DNA of 63,995 nucleotides, filler included, from Octopus bimaculoides (GCF_001194135.2; 5 parts of 5 records of this genome joined end to end with filler, not necessarily neighbours in it); one strand, 5' to 3'; counted from the first letter of the whole stretch, positions 52,030-63,995 are shown. The notes: generated from the letters alone by a model not told the origin. Made by a program: numbers and translations.

Positions 52030-52520
52030 AAATGTTTTCCGTATGCTGTGGGCCGTTCCTAGCTGGTCTCCTTTTCGGACTCTGTGTAACATTTTTGTGA
52101 CATTGTACTCTTTATGTCTTTGTTCATATAGTTTTATCATACTAGGTCCTTGTATTTGGACAGATTGTCTAAAACTTATCGGGCAATGTTTCAGTTAGAG
52201 GGATCGTGATGTGAATCAACGAACAGGTACTTTCGATCGAGTTCTTTATGATATATCTGGATGCATGACTTCATCTTTTCCTCAGTTTGGATATGCATAT
52301 CCCAAATTGTGGTAGCCAAATCATAGGCAGGTATCGTACTTGTTAACATGTTTATACCTTTTCAATTTGAAATGTCAGTCTGTTGCTCAGTAGACGAGAT
52401 CATGTCTTCGAAAATAGTAAGACTTGGGAAAGATTGGGGAACCGGAGATGATGTAGTCAACCGTTTCATTGTACTGGATGCATAATCAGCACTGGAATTA
52501 GTTCCGGCTTCAGTATTTTA
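52030..52520 (-). mobile_element. R4/Dong-type LINE, degraded CCHC/RLE C-terminus of a different subfamily
   Basis: Minus-strand fragments ETVDYIISGSPIFPKSYYFRRHDLV, TTIWDMHIQT, LSKYKDL and QLGTAHSIRKTF*; multiple stops and frameshifts. Confidence 0.75.
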
Positions 52521-53906
52521 AATTTGGATTTATTCCTATCTTGGCAGTGATTTTGTGCAGTTAAAATCACATTTTCTGTTTTTGCTTTTAATTCTGAGTT
52601 ATTGTAGGCATTCAATTTAGCTTATTTTCCCTCTGTCAAGAGTTGTTGTTGGCCATTAGGTACTTAAACACTAATGTTTTTACAACATATTTGAAATTTC
52701 CATTTAGTTTATTTATTTCTTTATTTGTATTTTCCCATATTTCGTCCGAATATGCTCAACTATAATCTACAAAAGGAGGCGGCTACATAAAAGTGGAGAT
52801 TGGATATATGACGTTGCATACAAAATTGTTTTGCTTTTTGTTTGTTTATATACAAAAATAATAATATTCATTCTACTGACCAGAAATGTGTACTCATTTG
52901 GTAAGTAAATAAAAGTTAACCGAGGCGTAATATTTCAAGCAGTAAATGTTTTCAACCTTTTAAATGAATATTGACACAGAGACTAACAACATTTGAGACG
53001 CTGTATGAATATTGCTTACACGAATTATCGACCCTAAAGAGGAGATGGGGACATAAATGTTTACTTAACCCTTGAGAAATGCAGATAAAGTTACTGATTG
53101 CACGTTTATCTCAGGCTACAAGTGCTTTTATTCAGCCAAACTAAAACATCTTAACTGTTTCCTGCATGCTGTGTAATACAAAGCGTATACCAATTTTTAC
53201 GCCATTAAATGCGTAACGATTCCCTGGTTAGAACAAGTTCTTGATAACCAAAAACAAAATAACCTGTTTCTATAACCTTGTACGATCATGGCTTCATGTT
53301 ATATTTTCCTTTGTAGCGCAAGAATAAAAAAAATATTTCCTGTCTGGCACAGCTTTAAAAATGTTAGCCAATACTTGTTCCGCAATATTCATCACGAAAA
53401 TTGACGAATAATAATGGTAGCAGTGCTTACAATACAGTCAATACAAACATAAAGATACAGGTAGCGTACAATAGTGATAAATAAATGAATTATCTGATTT
53501 CTGACGAGTACGTATAGCCTGCCGAACAAAAGTCGCATTCTGGTGTATTGTATACACTAGTTGTACCGGGTCTATTTACTATAAACAGGCATTAAGAGAC
53601 ACAAAAACCATTTCATCGTGGAAAAGAGATTAAACGTTGTTGATGGCATTTGGAACCTTAGTGCTTCCCGGAAATCTAAGGAATTCATACGAAAACATGA
53701 GAGAGGAAAAAAAAAAGATGAAATAGAGAAAAGTATACAGTCGTATTTTCAGTACAATACGCAAACACATACGCAAACACAAACACACACGCACACACAT
53801 ATACAGAGAGAGAGAAAGAGGCAGAGGTATACATATATAGATGCGTTCATATATGCATATACACACATATATGTATATATACATATATATACATATATAT
53901 ATATAC

Positions 53907-53974
<68 letters not shown>

Positions 53975-54249
53975 NNNNNNNNNNNNNNNNNNNNNNNNNN
54001 NNNNNNNNNNNNNNNNNNNNNNNNNNNNNNNNNNNNNNNNNNNNNNNNNNNNNNNNNNNNNNNNNNNNNNNNNNNNNNNNNNNNNNNNNNNNNNNNNNNN
54101 NNNNNNNNNNNNNNNNNNNNNNNNNNNNNNNNNNNNNNNNNNNNNNNNNNNNNNNNNNNNNNNNNNNNNNNNNNNNNNNNNNNNNNNNNNNNNNNNNNNN
54201 NNNNNNNNNNNNNNNNNNNNNNNNNNNNNNNNNNNNNNNNNNNNNNNNN

Positions 54250-54286
<37 letters not shown>

Positions 54287-54639
54287 TATATTAGTCAATT
54301 ATCGTGGCAATTTTGAGTGAAATATGGTGGATTATAGAAACGCTAGACAAACGAAACCGTTCGTTACTTTGGAGATTTTGACATGTTTCTTAAAATTCAT
54401 TTCAAATGGACATTAGCGTACTGGAAGTATTATCGATGAAAACATTTGCAGCTTTTATGGCACATTTAGCTGATCCATGACGTTTATTTTGTATGAAATC
54501 TTTTATATTTTGTAATTCCCAGAGTGCATCGAAGATTATTTCTTCTTCGTAATGTCGTTTATATATAGTTCTGGTATTCATAAAGGATGTAGTCGTAATG
54601 TACTACTTTCCAAATTGTAGTTTAAGGTAAAACAATTTA

Positions 54640-55170
54640 GAGGGTGCACCATACTTTGTTGTTTTTTTTCTGTTTTTCTTTTTATGTCATTTGTATGAAT
54701 TTAGAAAAAAGCGCATAACACGTAAAAGAAAACCTGTATTTTAAAACAGAATGGTACGAATAATCTTGAGAGTCTTTTTATTACGTGTATTCAATGGCTG
54801 CTTCAATATGGGTTGGAAGCGTTGATATCCCTGAATGAGATAATCTCTATCATTTTCGCACATAGTGCTGGTTATGGCAGATTAGAAAAATTTTGTGGTG
54901 TTATGGGGATGCTGAGTAACCTCTCTGTCGACTACATTCCCAATGTAATAGTCCAGTGGATTGAAGTCTGATGAGCTGGGAGGCCATGATTTTGGGAGAA
55001 CATGATCATAGAGATTGGTACACATCCACTTTTGGGTTGTCCAAGGCGTATGACATGTCACAGTGTTTTGTAGGAAAACGTACAATCTTCTATTGTGCAC
55101 TCTGTCTATCCAGACTTTCACAACTCTGTTAAACACCTTCATGTGGACATTGATTCTTAAGTCTTGTGAA
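54640..55170 (-). mobile_element. maT (DD37D-type) transposase C-terminal half and probable right end
   Basis: VVKVWIDRV..YVFLQN-(37 residues)-D in WPPSSSDFNPLDYY; the second catalytic D is mutated to N. Spacing of 37 counted from the ORF track. Confidence 0.85.
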
Positions 55171-55214
55171 AAAAATATATATAAATATTATTCGGTTCAA
55201 TGTCAGATTGTTCA

Positions 55215-55390
55215 GAGAAGGTAGAAAGTCAATTACATCAACCCCAGTACTCAATTGATACTAATTTTATCGACCCTGAAAGGATGAAAAGCAAAGTCAA
55301 CCTCGGCGGCGTAATTTGAAATGAGAACATATAGATGGGGAAATGCCGCTAAGCGTACTGCTCGGTGTGCTAACGATGCTATCAGCTTAC
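55215..55390 (-). mobile_element. SINE family A
   Basis: agtcaattacatcaaccccagtac..ttatcgaccctgaaaggatgaaaagcaaagtcaacctcggc..gtgctaacgatgc. Confidence 0.85.
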
Positions 55391-56269
55391 GGCCGCATTT
55401 TGGGATCAATTAATTTAATCTCGCAATTGAACAAACGCTTTCCGCATAAAATGGTCTCCGTTGTAGGCAAAATATTAAGTAATAGGAAGTTATAAAAGCA
55501 TATATACTTTGAACTCTACCATATAAATAACAAATACAATGGTAATCTGTGATAACCTATGAAAAAGTTCAACTAATACCATGAACTACTTTTATTCTCT
55601 GGCATCATCATTGAACCAAGATTAAATGACTTTCGTCACGCTTTCACTGCGATGACATGCAAAATGATGGTTGCTTTGGTAATTCTCAGTATAGAACGAA
55701 TTTTTCCCTTAAATTGAACTGAGAATCATCATCGTAAGCAAATGGCAAGCGAACAAAATAAATCAGCAGAATCTAGTTCAGAGTATTCTTCGCTCTGTTA
55801 CATAGACTTAATGATGATGTTTCTTATATAATATATCTTGTGTATATTGAATGTTCTACAATACTTTTAAGCAAAGTATAAACAAAGGATAAGCGTTGTT
55901 CTCACAGACATATGCAATTATCAGGTTTGGCTTTCGAGTATTGTATGCGACATATTGTGTAAAGTGCATTGTTTTTAGTGGATATTTCTGATTTCCTATA
56001 TTATAGAAGAAAAAACGAGCTATTAATATTGACGTAACATATAAATACCCGATATATTATATCCATGCACGTATTTTTCTAATGAATATTTGTTCATCCG
56101 TACTGATATGTAATGGTAAAGGCTTAAGAATTCGACACGCTCATCGTTCTTTCCAGTGAATAGATTGATATACACCATATCCAATTCCTAGAGTACAAAT
56201 AGAGAAAATCAAGCACATGTGTGTGTGCATACGACAAAACTTCGTATTCACATGTGTATGTGTGTTATT

Positions 56270-56507
56270 TCTTTCTTCCTTTACTACCCACAAGGGGCTA
56301 CACACAGAGGGGACAAACAAGGACAGACAAACGGATTAAGTCGATTATACCGACCCCAGTGCGTAACTGGTACTTATTTAACCGACCCCGAAAGGATGAA
56401 AGGCAAAGTCGATCTCGGCGGAATTTGAACTCAGAACGTAGCGGCAGATAAAATACCGCTAAGCATTTCGCCCGGCGTGCTAACGTTTCTGCCAGCTCGT
56501 CGCCTTA
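56270..56507 (-). mobile_element. SINE family A, full length, with the alternative tail (ttgtttgtcccctctgtgtgtagccccttgtggg)
   Basis: Near-consensus head ggcgacgagctggcagaaacgttagcacgccgggcgaaatgc; same tail as 26408-26455. Confidence 0.92.
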
Positions 56508-56937
56508 TGTGTGTATTTGTGTATATGTCTATGTACTGCACACACACACACACACACACTAACGAGCACGCAGACACACACACAAGAACACACACACACA
56601 CTCACACACACACATATATGCAAGTACAGTCGTAAATATATAATTATTTTCTACAGATTTCATTTCACAGCATCGAAATCGGAATACTAAGTGTTTAGTC
56701 ATTGATATTTAACCACAATGCTTATTCCGTAAGCCGATCTCTAGTTTAAGAGCCATTAGTGAACCAGACAAAAAGGACATAACATGAAGAACACCGGTTT
56801 CTAGCTCCATGTAATCATAAATCAGACACAGGCATGCACGTAAACACGCACACACCCGCACACAAGCACACAGGCATTTACACGAATATATATTTATGTA
56901 GAGTGTAGGTATACATTTATGTATACATGTATCTATG

Positions 56938-56970
<33 letters not shown>

Positions 56971-57238
56971 TCGCGTGCGTGCGTGCACACAAACACGCAC
57001 ATATATATATGGAGTAAACGAGTGCTTATCCAATCAATACTTGAATTGAAGATACGTATCTAAATTAACGTACAACTCAACATCCTAGAACGCAAAGGGA
57101 ATCAACATAAAACTTTGAACAGTTAAATCAAAAGATATTAAATTGGAGACCCTGAATAAACTGCACCTTTATTATAAGGTTGCAAATGCAACGATTACTA
57201 ATCAGTGCAGTGGAACCATCTGTAGGTCTATTTGTAGC

Positions 57239-57290
<52 letters not shown>

Positions 57291-57551
57291 NNNNNNNNNN
57301 NNNNNNNNNNNNNNNNNNNNNNNNNNNNNNNNNNNNNNNNNNNNNNNNNNNNNNNNNNNNNNNNNNNNNNNNNNNNNNNNNNNNNNNNNNNNNNNNNNNN
57401 NNNNNNNNNNNNNNNNNNNNNNNNNNNNNNNNNNNNNNNNNNNNNNNNNNNNNNNNNNNNNATATATATATAGCTACAAATAGACCTATATATAAACGAA
57501 TTAAAGCTAATGGTTATGCTACTTCGTAATAATCCTTATTATCATTACTAT

Positions 57552-58594
57552 TATCAGGCCATCCCATAAGTAATGTCCGGAGTTCTTTATTGTCAATTTC
57601 TAACCACTTTAAAAATATTTTAGACTGTCTAATGACACCAAGTAACATTCATATGTATTTGGACATATTTCAACTAATCAAATTTCATTTTGCAGGATTA
57701 TCTAATTGAAATTTCATTAATCAGAGCTCTTTAAACATGAAATAGTCTAAGGATCATTTGAGGCATATAATACATTATGAGTTTACAAAAGGAAAATCTG
57801 CAAATGAAACGACTCGAAATATTCACCCAGCTTATAGACAAGAGTTCATGAATAAAAGAACATGCAGAAGATATTTTGTAAAATTCAGATTTGGAAATTT
57901 CAGGCTTGAAGATGAGGCCAGAACAGAACATGTAATTGAGTTTGATGACAAGCTCATTTTGGGAGAACTTGAAAAAGATCACGCAGTTTCAGTTGAATAA
58001 CTGGCAAGCAAGCTTCGTTCATTTCATACAACTGTTCAACGCTAACTTCAAGAGCTTGGGAATGCTCCCAAAATCGCAAATGGGTGCCTTATGAAGTGTC
58101 TGAAGCGAACCTCAACTACTGAGTGGACTTCGGCTCTTCTCTTCATTCTCGTGGGACAGAAAGGTGACCCCTGATGAAAAATGGGTCCACTACCAAAATT
58201 AAGAGTCCGTCCTTTACATTGGCTTGGTGAGGGGGGGGGAAGGTCCCCAAAACTAGTAGAATGGGAATTCCATGTTAAGAAGGATCTTCTCTGTGTTTGG
58301 TGGGATTCCAAAGGAGGCATCCACTTTGAGTTGCTACCAACTAATGCAACAATCAATGCTCAAATCTACTCTCAGAAATTAGAGCGTTTGCATGCTGCTC
58401 TGAAGAAAAAAATCCCGCTTTAGTGAATCGAGAGTGCTGTTTCATCAGGACAAAGCCAGACCCGCAACACTGCAAAGATCACGTCACTGAAGATCGAAGA
58501 ACTTGGCTGGGAGAAAATTGTTCAACCGCATTATTTCCCAGACCTTGCTCCTTCTGATTACCATTTGTTCCGTAGTTTACAGAATCGTTTGGAT
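57552..58594 (+). mobile_element. mariner (DD34D-type) transposon remnant, left end through catalytic domain, 3'-truncated
   Basis: RHIIHYEFTKGKSA..FVKFRFGNFRLEDEAR, WVPYE (58081), VTPDEKWVHY, LLCVWWDSKGGIHFELL, and YFPDLAPSDYHLFRSLQN. TA followed by TIR-like tcaggccatcccataag at 57552-57580. Confidence 0.92.
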
Positions 58595-58595
58595 A

Positions 58596-58855
58596 TATTA
58601 ACTGGCTCTCTTCTCTCTTTCACTCTAATCATCATCTGGAACTTTGCTCGCACCGGAAAGAACTTGACATTACAAATGTTATAGATATCACGCTTGCGGA
58701 TGACGACATAATCCAGCAAGTGCAAAGGTTTAGACCTTGGATGCATCCACGTTGTTCTGTGATTACACTTGTGCATGAAATGAGTGCTTGCGATGTAAAT
58801 TCCATGCTCATCGCAAAGCTCCAGCAGCATGAGACCATTGCTATTCATTTTCCCT
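58596..58855 (-). mobile_element. Second RTE-clade APE fragment
   Basis: MNSNGLMLLELCDEHGIYIASTHFMHKCNHRTTWMHPRSKPLHLLDYVVIRKRDI is the typical RTE APE C-terminal block and repeats a region already present in the adjacent element. Confidence 0.9.
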
Positions 58856-58857
58856 AC

Positions 58858-60170
58858 ACCAAAACGTCCTAGAGAGAGCCATATTTGCCAGTCTGTTCCA
58901 ACACTAGGTTCAAGGACTGAGTAAGTTGTGTATTGCCTAAGTTTTGTTTTTCTAAAAGTAAATCATGAATTTCTGCTGATTTGTCCGAGTACCAGTCACT
59001 GGACGTATGCAATTTAAATCCCACTGATGAACATGGAGCCTGAAACACTCTTGTTTTGAAATCTTCCCATGGATTGTTTGGGTCAAGATTGATACTTTCT
59101 ATAGCATCGTGGAATCTTTGCAAGTTGCTTGATAATTTTAAGTTTGCAACATTTAACTTTTTGGGTACCTTAGGACACAAGACTGTCGACTTTTAGGCTA
59201 TATTGAAAAATTCTTTTTTCCACGCACTAGATGATGGTCAGTTCAGCTCTCTGTACTTCTCATGGCCGGAACACTAGACATATCTTCCATATCACGCTTT
59301 CTGATCAAAATATAATGTATGAGATGTCAGTCCTTAGATCTTGGGTGCGTCCAGGAGGTTTTTCCACTTAAACAGATTGTTGGTAACAGCTAGATATTTC
59401 TCAGTACAAAACGCCAAAAGAGCTACGCCATTTTTTGGCATTTTCCGATCCCATATAGGCCTAAAACAGGCCATGAAATGTAGTCATTTCCAACTGTTGC
59501 GTTGAAATCTGCCAACAAGACCAGCTAGTCAGAAACTGTTACTTTCCTCAGGAATTGTACTAGACGTCATAAAACTGTCCTACATCTTCATCACAATGAA
59601 ACGTTGTTGGTACATAAATACTGACAGCGGAAACCTACTTTTTGACAGTTTTATACAGCATGGCATGGTTCGTTCAGATATACCACTTGGAAATTCTGCA
59701 ATGGAGGATACTAATGAATTCTAGAGAGCAAACCCAACACCAGATTCTGTACGTTGACCCTTAGGTAGGCCTCTCCAGAAGATAGTATATCCATAAGTAG
59801 GTTCATGTATTTGACCTTCACCAGAGAGACAAGTTTCAGAGAGCCCAAATAATTAAGTGAATATTTTAAGCTCACATGTATAAGCGCAGTACGCCTTTCT
59901 GGCATCTTGTTGAAATTATCAAGATGTGTGCGCACATTCCAAAAGCCAAAATTCAGAGGATGTTTATTTTTACTTTTTCTTGAACATTTGGTGTACAAGA
60001 AGTACCTGTACAGATGAATAATTTTCAATGGGCGTAGCTTTCACTGCACTACCCACCACCACCTATTCGCTCGAGAATTCTTTAGCCTGTGTGACATGGG
60101 CATTGACAAAACCAGGAACTTCCAAAGCCTTGGGTTTTATTTTGGAGATTTCCTTTTCTTAGGTAGATTG
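58858..60170 (-). mobile_element. RTE-clade LINE, 5' part (5' UTR, APE endonuclease, linker); degraded
   Basis: LNFGFWNVRT...PERRTALI (APE N-terminus), SWTHPRSK-like motif near 59350, and linker PKKLNVANLKL...WEDFKTRVFQ...DWYSDKSAEIHDLL; many stops and frameshifts. Confidence 0.9.
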
Positions 60171-60187
60171 CCAATCAAGTTTGAAGA

Positions 60188-60219
60188 GCCAGACACCTGC
60201 CAGACACCTGCCAGACACC
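60188..60219 (+). repeat. 11-bp tandem repeat (gccagacacct), about 3 units
   Basis: Direct reading. Confidence 0.9.
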
Positions 60220-61566
60220 AAACCGACACTTAATCGCCCTATAAAGTGATCAAATATAATTCGGTATCCGACACGGAGTTGCTCATGCGTACATAAAAAA
60301 ATAAGATATGTTTTTAAAATATAAATAAGATTTAAATATATATATATCAAGTAAAAGATATGTAATTTAAAAATATAAATAAAATAAGATTTAAATATAA
60401 ATAATATANNNNNNNNNNTTATACAGAGATATTTACACATATTTGTTAGATAGACGTTGACTGCTCATAAGTTCCTCCACCCATTGACGGGTCTTATTTC
60501 TCATCCCGCAGAGTGTCCAACAATCACCCTTCTCACCAAGCAAGCCGGGTGGGGTTGTCATTTTAGACGCCGAAAGCCCGACCATGTAACAGGTTGTAAC
60601 GGATTATATGTTACCAGTAGCACTCAAGAGCAACCTGACATACATACATACACACATACATACATACATACATACATACATACATACATGCATATATACA
60701 TACATACCTAACCTTGTCTCTTTCCCTTAAAACCTGTCTATGTCTAGACAATGATTATGCCACAAACAGCAGGTCGTTCAGTGATATATTCAAAGTTGTT
60801 AGAGATACTGTTAGGAGGAGAATTCATATACAAAAGTGTATATCTGAAATTTTTCAAACGTTCAGCGATGGGGAAATGCATCGCTTGTAATGCAGGGAAT
60901 GTTGTGCCTCTGTACACAGAAAGAGTTATTCTATCAAATTACTTGTAGTTTACATATCGTACATTAGTCCCTAGCACGATGAGATACTATGTACAAAACA
61001 GTATATATAAGAAATGATATGATAGATTTCATGTACACATCGTACTTGTTTATTTTGCATGAATTAGGTATTACAAACGCATAGGATCTGGAAATTTTCT
61101 ACAATTGTAAAATGCTTAACAATACGTGATCAATATATATATTTTATATTCTATAATATATAGATTCTCTATGAAATATTAAGTATTTATCCATGATGAC
61201 GACTAATGCACTAAACCCGCAATGTAAACAGATTTCACATTTTCGATATCATATCTATATTATTTTCTCTTGCTACTCTTATTTCATTTACTTTTATTTG
61301 ACAAAAGCTATGGCCGGGCTGTTAGGTTCTTGTATTATTTCTTTTTTTTTTTTTAGATTGGTGTAATTATATGAATTATTTGTTTGTTTCCTTCTTAGCT
61401 CATAATCGTTTTATTTTCTTCTGTCTTTTCTATATCCAGAACTTCGTAGAACAAAGCACTGCTGTTTTGAGGATTGACCAGAACAAATAACACTGTATTT
61501 ATGCATGTATATATAATTATATACATGCTGTATATATACTATATATATGTATTACTGTAAATATAT

Positions 61567-61623
<57 letters not shown>

Positions 61624-62425
61624 NNNNNNNNNNNNNNNNNNNNNNNNNNNNNNNNNNNNNNNNNNNNTTAATTAATTAANNNNNNNNNNNNNNNNNNNNN
61701 NNNNNNNNNNNNNNNNNNNNNNNAAGTTCAGTTACTTGAAACAACCACTTCAATGTATTTGTGTGACAATAACCGCGAAGTTTATTATATACTATATAAA
61801 GGAGTGGGAATTATCTCCTCGTGTTTGTGAGTGTGTACGTGTGCCTTCAATCGGAAATATATCTGTGTGTAATGTAAACTTAGCACACAATCTATTATGT
61901 GATTTGGTGAGGTGAACGAATGAAAAACCTTGACACCAATTATTACAAGGAGTGTCAAACACGTATGTCTATACGTTGTATCTATATGTATGCTCATGTA
62001 TGTATATGTGTATGTGTGCGCTTTTGAGTTTGCAAGGTTTCCACTGCAGGCGAAGTGACAAAAATACTTGCAAACACACACACACATACACACGCACTCG
62101 TGCGCGCACGTATATATGCAGATAATTATGTGTGTGCGTGTATAGATATCAATATATATGTATGCAAATATATAGCTATATGTATATAATATATATATAT
62201 ATGCATGTATGTGTGTGAGTGTGTGTGTCTGTGTCTGTGTGTATTACATATTCATTATATCACATCTTGATACTATGTGGACTAAGATCCCCATTGACAG
62301 GCTGCTGGTATTTATAGAGTGTTAAACACTTTTGGTACACAAATTAGGGACTCCTTCATAGAGTAACTGCTGCATTTGTTAAGTATATAAACAGTTTGGT
62401 TGCCACGCTTTCTTGAGATTGTCAA

Positions 62426-62488
62426 AATGATGGGGACTCCTCTGATGAGAACGCCATAAGGTTCGAAAATCGATCAAGTTTGTTCATT
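62426..62488 (+). ncRNA. Hammerhead-like motif with one extra A in the GAAA core
   Basis: CTGATGA (62442-62448), helix II gaac/gttc with 8-nt loop, GAAA(A), palindrome ATCGAT, then C. Helix I: ggact/agttt plus aatga/tcatt with a CC bulge. Confidence 0.6.
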
Positions 62489-62763
62489 AGTTTTCAGTCT
62501 GCGGAAAAATGGTTGAAATTTTCCCCGTTTTTAATTATACCATATGTTACGTGTGTATATATATGGTGAGCTTACGTCGAAGACGACGAATAACCCATTA
62601 ACTTTTGCCGAACGACCTGCAGAAATATTGTTCATAGGGGTTAAATTTTCGTGCTGCACATTAGCTCACTCTCTCTCGATCAAAACGACGTTGTCAGAAC
62701 AGGTGCACTCAATGCCACGCATTAGGTGTCAAAGTGATCGGAAAGCAACATGAGATAAAGTGT

Positions 62764-62816
<53 letters not shown>

Positions 62817-62915
62817 NNNNNNNNNNNNNNNNNNNNNNNNNNNNNNNNNNNNNNNNNNNNTTAATTAATTAANNNNNNNNNNNNNNNNNNNNNNNNNNNN
62901 NNNNNNNNNNNNNNN

Positions 62916-62971
62916 NGGTGTTGTTGTTGTTGCTGTTGTTGTTGGTGGTGGTGATGATGGTGATGGTGTTG

Positions 62972-63003
<32 letters not shown>

Positions 63004-63130
63004 GTTGGTGGTAGCGGTGGTAGTGATAGTTGTGTTGCTGGAATTGGTGGTGATGATGGCGGCAGCAGTGGTGGTGGTGGTTGTGGTGGTGGTGGTGGTG
63101 GTGGCAGAGACGGCGGTGGTGCGGGGGTGT
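62916..63130 (+). repeat. Cryptic (GGT/GTT)n tract immediately downstream of the GPCR stop codon (probable 3' UTR)
   Basis: Direct reading; starts about 20 nt past the stop. Confidence 0.9.
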
Positions 63131-63148
63131 CGGTGAATCTAGTTCGGT

Positions 63149-63877
63149 TCACGTTTTGATGTTGGAGTCGCTCTTGCAGAGCGAGGCGTTGTTGAGGGGC
63201 AAAACGTCCAAGTGATGCTGGAGCAGGTTGTTGCACGACTGCGACTGCGCAAGGGTACCCACCGCGCCGAGCCTCTTCTTGTGACAAACCCTGTTGCTCA
63301 TACTACTGCTCCCGCCGCCACTGCCGACGCCCACGCCGATGATACTGCGGTTACTAACTCCGAGCGCCCCACTACTGTTGCCATGGGCACTGCCAGCGGC
63401 CGACCTGAGATCGAGGCTTTCAGACGCGATCGACCGAATGACCCGAAAAAGCTCCTGCTCTTGTAGTAGGTTCCTTTGGTATTCGCTGCGGTACTTGTAC
63501 AGAGCGTACACTTTGGTGACGAACAGACATATCAGGGTGACTGTAGCGTTGATGATAAGCGCCGACGACATGATTAAAACTTTGTAGTAGGCGCGCGACG
63601 TTAGGAAGTACGTTGGTAAAAAGCTGAGCCAGACGAGCAACGTCGTGTCGACACAGAAAGCGATGTAGCGTGATTCGTTGAAGTTGTCCGGTAGCTTGCG
63701 ACTCCTGAAAGCGTAGTAGGCACAGATGATGACCAGGAGTAGATTGAAGGAAAGAGGAAGGATCAGGCCTTCTGGGGACATGTTGCAGTACATCTCCACG
63801 AATTTCGCTGTCCGTACAGGCATACCCATCTTGACTGATGGCGGCGATGTGACGGTGACGATGGCCAGTAGCACAAC
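63149..63877 (-). CDS. Terminal coding exon of a class C GPCR, metabotropic glutamate receptor-like (7tm_3: TM4 end, ECL2, TM5-TM7, cytoplasmic tail); 242 aa plus stop. Upstream exons lie outside the window.
   Basis: Translation has the class C ECL2 cysteine (VEMYC), TM5 (LILPLSFNLLLVIICAYYAF), the diagnostic ICL3 motif RKLPDNFNESRYI, TM6 (TTLLVWLSFLPTYF) and TM7 ending LFVTKVY. A phase-0 acceptor (minus-strand ttctattcctattccatcttcttcag|GTT) has its CAG at 63880-63878; stop TGA at 63151-63149. The ORF-track Met at 63940 is intronic. Confidence 0.95.
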   Translation of the reverse strand, partial: VVLLAIVTVTSPPSVKMGMPVRTAKFVEMYCNMSPEGLILPLSFNLLLVIICAYYAFRSRKLPDNFNESRYIAFCVDTTLLVWLSFLPTYFLTSRAYYKVLIMSSALIINATVTLICLFVTKVYALYKYRSEYQRNLLQEQELFRVIRSIASESLDLRSAAGSAHGNSSGALGVSNRSIIGVGVGSGGGSSSMSNRVCHKKRLGAVGTLAQSQSCNNLLQHHLDVLPLNNASLCKSDSNIKT

Positions 63878-63963
63878 CTGAAGAAGATGGAATAGGAATA
63901 GAAGTAGTTCTAGAGAGAGATATATATACAGGATACACACAAATATAAATGTATGGAAATAAA

Positions 63964-63995
<32 letters not shown>

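Noticed and set aside
59014-59040. CTGATGA...GAAAC inside the RTE region (also CTGATGA at about 58172)
   Set aside because: No helix II pairing; these are coding sequence of the RTE (antisense) and of the mariner DEKW motif.
62865-63287. Alternative-frame ORF giving the GPCR a proline-rich tail
   Set aside because: The Pro/Thr run comes from the 3' repeat tract, there is no splice site or slippage signal to enter the frame, and there is no PPxxF Homer motif.
63878-63940. N-terminal extension MCILYIYLSLELLLFLFHLLQ of the GPCR ORF
   Set aside because: It is the intron's polypyrimidine tract and acceptor read in frame.

Overview
AT-rich, gap-ridden eukaryotic (animal) genomic DNA. The microsatellite density and tRNA-derived SINE landscape suggest an octopod cephalopod (inference, not verified). 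Only one host coding segment is well supported: the last coding exon (TM4 end to TM7 plus C-tail) of a class C, metabotropic-glutamate-receptor-like GPCR on the minus strand at 63149-63877. The rest is a transposon graveyard: about 30 tRNA-headed SINE copies or fragments of at least four families, four R4/Dong-type (RLE) LINE fragments, two RTE LINE fragments, three mariner fragments, two maT/DD37D fragments, one Chapaev3-like fragment, and abundant simple and cryptic repeats. The most interesting signal is a set of four unrelated hammerhead-ribozyme-like motifs (CUGAUGA...GAAA). The best one sits in a 308-bp unit made of a tRNA-like Pol III head, an (AAT)n spacer, a minimal type I hammerhead and a structured tail. 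This unit inserted as one piece, with a 13-bp target-site duplication, into an older SINE, so it is a candidate ribozyme-carrying SINE/retrozyme hybrid. Nearly all ORFs in the supplied track are artefacts of microsatellites or N-gaps. All alignments and folds were done by eye; no database searches were run.
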